Source: Octopus sinensis (taxonomy: Eukaryota). From it: DNA of 64,000 nucleotides. The notes beneath the pieces were generated by a model. The model was given only the letters and a program-made list of their open reading frames with translations. It was not told where the DNA came from and did not search any database. Made by a program: the position numbers and the translations under genes. The stretch covers positions 76,260,001-76,324,000 of the forward strand of contig NC_043004.1 in assembly GCF_006345805.1 (NCBI RefSeq), written 5' to 3'. Below are positions 52,376-64,000 of this stretch, piece after piece. Positions within the stretch are counted from its first letter, which is position 1; the number at the start of each line of letters is the position of its first letter.

Positions 52376-54871
52376 TTCCGGTCTGAAGTTGTATGTGTCC
52401 TGTCATAGAGGTTTGAATTGGAGGTTTGAAGAGAGGTTATATGCTCGCAGCCATTGGAGTCTGATGAATTGTCTATAAAGCTAAGCACTTTCTGGATGAA
52501 AAAAAACCATTGGTCAATTTATAACTGCACACATAATTAACTTCCGCTCCAATTTTTAGAGTGTGCTTTTTTTTTTCGGATAAGGATCCACTGACGATAT
52601 ATATATGTACACACACACACACATACATGTACATACATACATAAACACACACACACATACACATACACACACATATACATACATACATGCATACATACAT
52701 ACATACATACATACATACATACATACATACATACATGCATACATACATGCATACATACATACATACATACATACATACATACATACATACATACATACAT
52801 ACATACATACATACATACATACATACATACATACATACACACACACATATACGTATGTATGAATGTATGAATGTGGAAAGCAATAGATAATAGATTGGGT
52901 CAAAATTCCCTTCTTTTTTCATTCAAAGGTTTTTTTTAAACTCGATAGTTGTAGACTTTTATTTATAACCTTATTTACTTCGAGTTGTACATTAAAAAGA
53001 AATAGTTCACGTTCTCTCGAAGTTTCTAAATTCTAATGACGAAAACCATATGTATATATGTGTGCGTGTATCTCTGTGTTTGTGCCTGTCCCACTAGCGT
53101 TCGACAACCAGTGTTGGTATATTTACATCGCTTTGACTTAAAAGTTCGTCAAGAGTGACGGTGGATTTATTCAATTAAACCTTGCAATGCGGTGCTCCAG
53201 CATGTCCGCAATCCAACGACTGAAGTGAGTAAAAAGTAAAAGATAAGGTTAAGACTTAGCTTAATTACCGCCTCCAAATTTAATGGCGTCGTGCCTATGA
53301 AAAAAGCGGTATGTTATCAGAAAGAAATATTTCATAGTTGCATATTTTGATAAATATGTTAAGCCTCATTTTCAAATTCATACTAATCATCTCCCACAAC
53401 CTTCTTCCTTAAATTTCCTTCATTTTTTTCCTTTGATTATTCGTATTTCAAACTCATCTTCCTCTTACTTTTATCTATCTTCTAAAACACGTATAGAATT
53501 ACTAATTTTCTTTTTAGCTTACCTATCTTAATGAAATACTTATTAAATCATGTGACGAACCAGTCAACCAATCAAATTTCAGCATATCCCAGCACTACTT
53601 CATTTCCGCTTGGTTCGAATTTCTTCTATACGGATTTTCTCATATTCGTCCACATTCTTCGTCGAATGTTCACATCAGCAGATGGGCTCGGCATTAGTCT
53701 TTTTATTTTCGTTCATATATTATTATTATTATCATTATTATTAGTAGTAGTATCATTATTATTATTAGTAGTAGTAGTAGTATCATTATTATTCTACCTG
53801 CTAACTTCTGTAGTGACGTCAGCCACGACACTGAGTCACACACGCTTGGTAGCGATTTGAGAAATGGGAATTGGTAGCTTGTTTATAAGTACAATTTAGT
53901 GTGTAATCTACAGCTTTTTAAAAGATGTGTCAGGCAGTTCTTGTCAGTTTGCGATAAACAACGAATGAGATTTGAAAGTTTTATATAGGAAGCCAAAAGA
54001 ATGCCATACCGCCAGCAGGGAATGCGCAGCTTTGAAGCCAAACCTCAGCTCATTCTTCGTTCTTACATTTTTGCACCCGCCCCCATCTCTGTTCCTCCGC
54101 TTGTTTTATCTCTCTTTCTCTAACTCTTCGGCTTCATCTATCTATGATCTTATTACTTCTATTTCTAACATTAACGCTTCAATTATTGTCGGCTGAGGCG
54201 ATATTATTATTATTATTATGAAGCGCTGGTCAACCGAGGCCGACTTTGCCTTTCACTCTTTCGGGGTCGATAAATTTAGTGCCAGTGAAACACTGGGTCG
54301 ATGTAATCGACTCATCCCTTACCCACCAAATCTGAAACCTTGTGCCTCCAGTATGAGGCGCAAACATAGCTGGGTGGTTAAGAATCTCGCTTTGAAACTA
54401 CGTAGGTTCGGGTTCAATTCTATTGTACGTCACCTTAGGCAAGTGTCCCCTTGGTACACCGTTTCAGTTGGCTAAAGCACAAGACGGTCTGTGTTGACAT
54501 TACACCGCTAGACAGGCGGAGGAGTTGCAGTAACGGTGGCGGAGTCTTAAGAAGACCAACAACCAAATGTCTATGTTTGAAAGCGATCCACGCTATACAT
54601 AGTGGGTCTCGGTTGGCAGTTCGCAGCACCATTTACAGTTTATCAGTTTATTTCCCAAAGGTAAATGATTAAGCTTCGGGTTAACCACCTGGCCCGGAAA
54701 AACCTCAAGCTACGAAAAAAGCTGAAAGGGCAAAAACCTCGCAGCAGCCGGGTTATTTGCAGTGAAACTGGCCACTGACTGATCCTGCTGGAATACTTTT
54801 TTGATAATGGAAGGCAAGGTTCATGATATCGGAGGAATATCATCTCCTTCTATCATTCTTCTTGTTCTTTA

Positions 54872-55234
54872 TGTAGTTCAGGCTTTCGGCAAGCGAAGAG
54901 AGAAAAGACTTCAAGTACAACTGCTATTTACAACTGGTTTATTTACAGGAAAGTTGAAGTGTGCTACTCTCAGCTACCACCTTAAGCTCCGACAGATAGA
55001 CAGACAGAAGACCACAGCCAGTGGTGTTGTTCAGCCAGTGCTGCTGTGTTGTGGTGCCAAAGAAGAGGCTGGTCTGAATCGGTTTCCCGTTTATATAGTT
55101 TTCTCCATCGCGAGCCTCGTTGTGATCTCGCGCATAGCAAATGGATGCAGGTGAGGTCTCGCTCCAGTCTGGGAGATGGCAATGGCTGCCGCGAGATCTC
55201 ATTCAATATGGCGCTGGCTGCTTGTGCCGCTACA
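54872..55234 (-). mobile_element. Solo-LTR candidate
   Basis: TGTAG...CTACA termini; on the minus strand TATATAA (~55095) precedes AATAAA (~54940); TSD imperfect (CTTTA/GTTTC). Confidence 0.5.
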
Positions 55235-55689
55235 GTTTCACAGCCCCATGCATCGCACGACGTGGGAGCAGCCAAGTCTAAAAGATGCAGTTATAATTTC
55301 GAAATGGTAGTAGCTGACATAAACAAACAAACGAGTTGTCGGCAGTTTTATATAGTGTCTAGCAACTTTCAAAAGGGCCTTTAGTTTGGGTTTTCTGCTA
55401 CTCTGAACGTTCTTGTTTCCGAAATTTACCGGATCATATTTCATAGAAGAATTAAGGATGATCGTAATTGACGTCACAGATGCCGATTGGCTTCCTGTAT
55501 AGCTTTATAAATCCGATTTTTGCTTACAGACATAGCTAACCTCTGACAAAACCACGAGAGAGTATTTACTTTCCTTGTTGATGAGTACAGACAGCGTGCA
55601 TGACGATTTTAGACTCCCTAAGAATGAGATATAGGAATTCTTGGGAAAGGCACTTAAAAACTATGGAGCGTTCCCATCTTGGAAGCAAT

Positions 55690-56530
55690 TAATGGTTTTT
55701 AGCATAGGCACAAGTCTACAAATTTTAATGTGGAAGATGATACTGGAACAATAGTTGACTATAAGAAACCTAGTTCTCGAGTCGTGATTTATTTCATCGT
55801 CTCCTGGAAGATGAAAGGCAAATTGACCACAGTTGAGATTTGAACCTACAACTTAAAGGGCCAGAACTAAATACCGTAAGGTTTTTAATCTGACGCTTTA
55901 ACTTTACTACTACTCCACTGCTCTTACTAATAATGGTTTTAAATTTTGGTACATGACCAACAGCTTTAAGGGAGAGGGCAAGAGCGCTAGTCGATTACAT
56001 CGACTCCAGTACTTTACTGGTACTTTACTTTATCGACCCCGAAAGGATGAAAAGCAAAGTTGGTCTCCGCAGGATTTGAGATCAGAACGTAAAAATCCGG
56101 AAGAAATGTCACTAACCATTTTGCTTGACACTGTAACGCTGACTTAGTCCCCTTATTAATAATCTTCTCTGCTATAGGTATAAGGCTTGAAATTTCGTTG
56201 GGAGGGGGCTAATCGATTACATGGACCCTAGTGTTCAACTGTTGTTATTTATTTCATGGACCCCGAAATGATGACAGACGACTTTGGCTGAATTTGAACA
56301 CAGAACGTAAAGACGGACGAAATACAGCTAAGCATTTTAGCCGAAACGCTGACGGTTTTACCTGTTCACTGCCCTTTTCCCCTTACCAATAATAATTTCT
56401 GAATTAGGAATAAGGCCACAGCTGTGAAAGGGGTCGAGTAAGTTAATCGATTAAATGGAACCCTTTTCTATATTCTATCGACGCCAGAAAATGAAAAGCA
56501 AAGTTGGTTTCGGTGAGATTTAAACTCATA
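55690..56530 (-). mobile_element. Tandem array of ~4 old SINE B copies
   Basis: Repeated (G)ATGAAA(G/A)GCAAA..TTTGAA..CAGAACGTAAA blocks separated by (AAT)n. Confidence 0.7.
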
Positions 56531-57734
56531 GATTGGTTCGACGTTTCAGTAGTAGATTCTTGCTTCCGTCTACGGTCAGTTCTGTCTATGGTCAGTTCTG
56601 ACCATCGTCAGTTCTGTCTGCAGCTAGTTGATAATAGAAGTAATTAAACGCAAGAAAAACAACAAATACTTCCATAGTTTTCACTGGCTGAAGTTTTCTA
56701 TAGAATGTAGGAAAAATACCAACTTTGCTGTGATCTATAAAAAGTTTTAGTGTATGTGACTAAATTCTTAGCTATTCTGAATAAATATAATTTATCTAAG
56801 AGAGGAAATTACAACCGAAATTCTTCATATTTCCAGTATCTATGATTAAATGATGTTATTCATTGGTCGAAGGTGGCAGGCTGACAGAATCGTTAATATG
56901 CCGGCCAAAATGACTTGCGGCAGTTATTTCGTCTCTTTACGTTCTGAGTTCAAACAGAGGTCAATTTTGCCTTTCATCCCATCGGGGTCGATAAATTAAA
57001 GTACGGGGATCAGTAATCGATTTGTCTTCTTCTTCTCAAATCGCTGGCTTTGAAACCTGCGTCCTGTCCAGAGGAATGTTAAAATCTCCATCTCCTATAC
57101 GCCATGGAAACCGAGTAACTGGTCTTGCGCCCGCGCTCGCGTGTATGTATGTATGTATGTATGTATGTATGTATGTATGTATGTATGTATGTATGTATGT
57201 ATGTATGTATGTATGTATGTATGCATGTATGTATGTATGTATGTACTAGACAGGTATAGCATTAAATAACAACAGATTTTCGAACACAACAGCTGTGTAT
57301 AGTTTAAATTACGTTACGTACCATAAAATAAACGAGGAAACAATTCTGCATGTGTTTCTAAAACAGATTAATACATGTAGCCTCATTTTTCACTGATTCA
57401 TTCATCACTGATCTGAGATAACACGTTATTCTCAATCGCGAACAATATTGTGCTTTTCACGGTTTGATCTGTGATCAGTCGAAGATTCTGCTCATACCAC
57501 AAAATCGCACCGCAGCAATATTTAGTGCATTGATTGGTGTCACCAAAACGGCTGCACCAAAAACGTTTCATGACCCCGGAAAAAGTGAGAAGGCTCGATG
57601 CCAGCACAACAGTATTAGCTTTGAAAGAATCGCTTCTAACCGAGTCCATACTATTTTCGACTTTCGACGGATATATTGATGATCTGCGTCCAATCTATTA
57701 ATCCTAAAAATACTAACTTTATCAGTAAAGTCAG

Positions 57735-57772
57735 CCGTCTCTCGCGAGGCGAGGACGGGCTTTTTTTGCTAA
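57735..57772 (+). other. GC hairpin + CTAA|T, possible Helitron 3' terminus
   Basis: CCGTC(T)CTCGC gag GCGAG GACGG followed ~10 nt later by CTRR. Confidence 0.4.
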
Positions 57773-59574
57773 TTGTTTTAGGTTTTAGGTTCGCTTGTTA
57801 TCCCGAGCAGACATAAACCTATAATCAAAGGAATTCCAACCCCAATTATGCAGTCAACGTTTTTCAGACATAATGTCTCTAATATAAGAGACTACAGAAC
57901 CGTTGAAATGTTCCCTGTGGGCCTCAATTTTTTCCAAAATAGTTTTCCAATTTAATGAATTTATAAGCCATTTTGTCGTTGCTGGCTTCTAGATAAATTT
58001 TTGCGTCGTAATTTGTTTCGTTTCTAAGCATTTCCGGTGATGTAAATTGCGGGCGAGATATGCGGGGATGTACAGGCCACCACACCCAATAACACTCACT
58101 CCTACACAGATGATACTGTCTTTCATTCTTCCCCGACTTTTCGTGCCCAAGCGCCATCTACATGCAACCTGCCGTATTTATCGACCTATAAAACCTACTC
58201 TCGTACAAGAAGCACTATTTTACGGCAATATTTTGCAGGGGAAAAAGCAAAAAAAAATATTATTACGTTTCCTCATATATCTACTGAAATTTGAGAAAAA
58301 TGTCTGATTCTGTGTCTAAGTACAATATTGTGACAGTATACTGGATGAAATGAAACAATAATTTTATCATAAACAAATTCCGTTATATCAACACCGTATA
58401 TCAAATTTATCTTCACTCAGATGAACTGTGTCTATATTTTGGTGAAGAAAATAACCTACCTATTATGTTTCACGTGACCGTGGTCGACCACCAGAGTGGT
58501 ACACCGCCCGCTATGGTTTTGTTGTCAACCATCCGTTGCCTTTCGTTTCTCTTGGCAAATGTGTCATTTTGATTATTAAAAACAGAAAATGTTTCTTAAA
58601 GTAATACAGTCATTTAATAATATAAAATTATAAGCCAGGTGTGGATTATGTGAACTGGGGAAGACGGTGTAATGAGATGATGTGATATCCCCACATAACT
58701 ACAAGCTTTGTACTAAAAGACTGCGATACTTTGGTTTGTTTTCAACTTATTATTACCAATATTTATTGTTCCTAACAGGATTATGCTAATTTGGTTTCCC
58801 AGTTTATGGCACTAGGTCTTCTAGCAGTAACATGGTCATCAGACGGAAGGCAATTTTTGGATGCAGTTGAAAATAGAAATAAATTATCACGCTTCTTATA
58901 CGCAGGTAAATACGGTAAACATTTCTCGTCAACCTTGTACCAATTCCATGAACAAACACTTCGAAATTAACCTCCAATGGGGGTCATACAGATCTTGTTT
59001 CAACAACACTCACAGTCACTACACCAATCACGAAAACATGATCGCATCTCTTTATCCTCTCTAAATATGAACGCTTAGGAGCACTTCAAATGATAGACTG
59101 CATCACAAACAATGGCTTTTATCTTCAGGGTCATAAAATACTAATACTTCAACCCACAACAATTATTCACATGATCATGTGATCGACCAGACGATCAAAT
59201 GTTGTTTTACATCGCTGGTTGCAATGCGCTTTGCATCGTTTAAGCTTTTGAATGATGCCATCCTGCTGGATAGGGTATCAGACCAACTTATCCCATGATC
59301 AGAATGATAGTCTATCGCAGGGTTACCCATTTACGTGGACGAGCGGAACGGGAAATGAAGTGTTTTGCTCAAGAATATAACACGCCGCTCGGTCCGCGAA
59401 TCGAAACTAGTATCTTGCGACCAGGAGGGCAACACCCAAACCACTAGGCCACGCTACTTCACGCAACGGTAATTAACCCTCTATAAAGCTGCTGCTACAA
59501 ACTCAGATATCCAAAATCATAGCCTAAGAAAGGTCAATCGATTAATTGTCAAAAACTTACAAATATTCACGACA

Positions 59575-59995
59575 AGGTTATGTGGTTAAGAAGCTCGCTT
59601 GCAGCTACATGCTTTAAGGTTCAATCCCACTGCGCGGCACTGTGCCTTGGCCAAGTGCCTTCTATTATAGTCCCAGGCTGATCAATGCCTTGTGAGTGAA
59701 TCAGGTAGACGGAAACTGTGTGGAAGCCTGTCGTATGCGTGTGTGTGTGTGTGTGTGCGTCTGTGTGCGTGTGTCTGTCTTTGTTCTTGTGTTTGTCCCC
59801 CCCCCGCTACTCCGCTTGACAACTACTGTTGGTTTGTTTACGTCCTCACAACTTAGCGGTCCGGCAAAAGGAACAGACAAAATAAGAACCAGCCTTGATG
59901 TAAAATTTAAGTACTGGAATCGAATTGTTCGCCAAAACCCTTCAAGGCTAAATACCCCAGCATGGGCGCCGTCCAATGACCGTAACAAGTAAAAG
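59575..59995 (+). mobile_element. Diverged SINE family A
   Basis: Head, (TG)n and tail recognisable. Confidence 0.75.
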
Positions 59996-60305
59996 TTCAA
60001 CATACACACACGCACACACACACTAATCCGTGCAAAGGTTCATACATACGTGTATACACGTGTGTGTGTGCGCGCGCGTGCGTGCGCGTGTGCGTGCGTG
60101 CGCGTGTGCGTGCGCGTGTGCGTGCGCGTGTGCGTGCGTGCGTGTGTGCGTGCGTGTGTGTTGTGTTTGTGAGTCAATGTGTCAATCCCAACCTACCTAT
60201 TTTTTTATTCCTATTTCCTTGTGTATCTATTTTTCGTGTATTAGTCTTACATCTATATTAGTTTATATGCGTTGTGTGTGTATGTCTGTCTGTACGTATA
60301 AACAT

Positions 60306-60352
<47 letters not shown>

Positions 60353-60760
60353 CACACATATATATATATATACACATACATACATACGTACGTAAACGCA
60401 TTTGTGTATGCAAATGGCGGTATGGAGAGGTGGAGGCAGCTAAGTCGAAGCTGTGTGTTCTCAGTTGAAATAGTTTGGTAAGTCTGTTTGGTGAGCCATA
60501 GATTATTTGCCCGCAATCTAATGATAGTCCTACCTATCAGGGATCAACTCTGGCTCGCTGCCAAAGGCATCGTAAGGTATGCAATGTTGACTGATTGTCG
60601 GCTGCTTTCGGTTTTGCTTTTGCCTTTTTGTTTTTTTTTTTACATTTTCCTTTTTTGTTACTTTTTCCTTTTTTTTTTTTTTTTTTTGCTACGAATGCAG
60701 ACGACCTCTGCTAACATCCATAAAAAAAGATTTCTTTCTGCACACTTTCATTCCTCCTCG

Positions 60761-61460
<700 letters not shown>

Positions 61461-61534
61461 TGAAATTTACCGAAAAACAAACATCAAGCTATAACCTTTA
61501 AGCTTATAAAATATACCATTATTAATATATATGT

Positions 61535-61760
61535 TGAGCTGGGAGAAACGTTAGCATGCAGGGCGAAATGCTTAGCAGTATTTCGTCTGTTTTTACGTTC
61601 TGAGTTCAAATTCCGCCGAGGTCGACTTTGCCTTTCATCCTTTCAGGGTCGATTAAATAAGTACCAGTTACGCACTGGAGTCGATGTATTCGGCTTAATC
61701 CCCTTGTCTGTCCTTGTTTGTCCCCTCTATGTTTAACCCCCAGTGGGCAATAAAGAAATA
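61535..61760 (+). mobile_element. SINE family B
   Basis: Near-consensus copy. Confidence 0.85.
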
Positions 61761-61879
61761 AATATATACACACATATATACACATACACACATACATACA
61801 AACATACATACATATATATATTTCTATATATATATATATATGTATGTTTTCCCGTCTTTCTTTCTCTCTCTCTCTTTCA

Positions 61880-61911
<32 letters not shown>

Positions 61912-62291
61912 CTTTCTATCTATCTATGCATATGGATGCATTCAATTAGCACAGATATCCGGATAGTTGTCTCCGTATTCGTTTGTTAATTCCGTGGGAG
62001 AGAAATATGGCGTCTAAGAAAGAGAGAGAGAGAGAGACAGGCAGAAAACAAAGAGGACACGGTCTGGGTGTGTGTGATGGCGGTGGTGCTGTTAGAAGCG
62101 GAGGAAATTGTAAATCATGGAAGATAAATGAAATCAGTTGAAATCCAGACATCATCCCTTGCATAAGTCTTCTTATTCTCTCTTTCTCTCTCTTTTTCCT
62201 TCTCTTTCTTTCATTCTCTGTATATGTGAATGTGCGTGCGTATGTGTGTGTATATACCTATACATACATACATACATGTATAAATGGTTTC

Positions 62292-62359
<68 letters not shown>

Positions 62360-62533
62360 TCCCAAATTTTGGCACAAGGCCAGTAATTTCGGGGGATTAC
62401 ATCGACTCCAGTATTAAAATGGTACTTATTTTATCGACTCCGAAAGGATGAAGGGCAAAGTCGACCCCGGCGATATATACATATACATATACATATACAT
62501 ACATACATACATACATACATACATACATACTAC

Positions 62534-62564
<31 letters not shown>

Positions 62565-62573
62565 ATATAATAT

Positions 62574-62629
<56 letters not shown>

Positions 62630-62633
62630 ATAT

Positions 62634-62665
<32 letters not shown>

Positions 62666-62716
62666 TATATATATAATATATATATAATACACACACACAC
62701 ACACATATATATATAT

Positions 62717-63102
62717 AGGTGCAGGAATGGTTGTGTGGTAATTAGCTTACTTACCAAACACATGATTCCGGGTTCAGTCCTACTGCGTGGAAAATGTCTT
62801 CTACTATAGCCTAGGGCCGACCAGAACCTTGTGAGTGGATTTGGTAGACGGAAACTGAAAGAAGCCCGTCGTATATATGTATATGAGTGTCTATGTTTCT
62901 GTGTCTGTGTTTGCCCCCCCCCCACCCCAACATCGCTTGATAACCGATACTTGTGTGTTTACCTAGCGGTTCGGCAAAAGAGAGCCACAGAATAAGTACT
63001 AGGCTTACAAGGAATAAGTCTTGGGATCGATTTGCACGACTAAAGGCGGTGCTCCAGCAGGGCCGCAGTCAAATAACTGAAACAAGTAAAAGAATAAAAG
63101 AA
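62717..63102 (+). mobile_element. SINE family A, full length
   Basis: Head through AAGTAAAAGAATAAAAG tail. Confidence 0.9.
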
Positions 63103-63125
63103 TATATAATATATATATATATTTA

Positions 63126-63508
63126 TCTCTCTCTCTCTATAAACGGCAGTTTGTCTGTGCGTGTTTCTGTGTGTCTGTTTGCTTGTACCCTCACCCTGAC
63201 ACGGCTTTCAACCGATTCTGATGAACTTGGACACACACGTAGCCCAATGTCATAATTCAAAACTAACGCAGCGAAAATTTTGAAAAGTTCCCCCAGTTCT
63301 GAAAAAAGACGATAAATTCGACATGGGGTCGAGAATCAGGAACCACCACAAAACTGTGTAGGGGACGCAACTCCACCTTTGTTAACTATCAAAAAAAATT
63401 TACCATCATTTTTTTCCATTTTTTTGCTATTTTTTGGCTATAACTCTCTAAAAATGCTTTATAGTTATTTCCCTTACAAACCTGAGCAACGCCGGGCGAT
63501 ACTGCTAG
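63126..63508 (+). mobile_element. Non-autonomous Helitron
   Basis: A|TC...CCTGAGCAACGCCGGG hairpin...CTAG|T; last ~68 bp shared with 41129-41197. Confidence 0.85.
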
Positions 63509-63654
63509 TTTATTTATATTTTTATATATATATTAAGGGCAAGAGCACAAAAAGGAGACACCGCGGGACAAACATACATTTGTGCTTAAGTATATACATA
63601 CATACATACATACATATCATCGTTTAACGTCCGCCTTTCATTCTGGCATGTATA

Positions 63655-63715
<61 letters not shown>

Positions 63716-63853
63716 GGAGGTAGAGAGAGAGAGAGTGATAGTACAGACATATATACATACATGTATGCATACATAGGTACTGACACACAGATACACACAC
63801 ACACACACACACACGCACACACACACACACACACTCACACACACACACACACA

Positions 63854-63891
<38 letters not shown>

Positions 63892-64000
63892 CACATATGC
63901 CTCCTCTCCCGTGTTGTCTCAGAAATTAATGCTCAGAGCCATGTAAACTAGATTCTGCTGAAATGCTATAATTTGAAAATGGAGCGTGTCTCTGGGTACG

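Noticed and set aside
57735-57767. Rho-independent terminator (hairpin + T7)
   Set aside because: Eukaryotic context; Helitron 3' end or chance is more plausible
57398-58307. Short ORFs with faint transposase-like words (RIASNRVH, HPRISRP)
   Set aside because: Too little similarity to assign without a profile search

Overview
AT-rich eukaryotic DNA packed with microsatellites and transposons. The SINE families and (TA)n/(CATA)n/(GATA)n landscape look like a coleoid cephalopod, most likely Octopus (inference). There is no intact protein-coding ORF: the ORF track is almost all microsatellite translation artefacts or decayed transposon fragments. Fragments recognised: Tc1/mariner and maT-like transposases, R4/Dong-, RTE- and CR1/L2-like RT pieces, a Penelope GIY-YIG endonuclease, and Helitron termini with a Pif1 helicase remnant. 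There are also MITEs, two solo-LTR candidates and dozens of tRNA-derived SINEs. The strongest hidden signal is a set of about ten minimal type-I hammerhead ribozyme (HHR) motifs from several unrelated Penelope-like terminal-repeat families, most next to microsatellites. They include catalytic-core variants (U3:A8, U4C, A6U) and two fold-back elements (15.6-17.7 kb, 27.3-27.8 kb) with an outward-facing HHR in each arm. Also notable: a TSD-bounded composite SINE carrying a LINE RT fragment, and weak + strand candidates for a 24-nt microexon and a hydrophobic terminal exon. All family assignments are by eye, without database searches.
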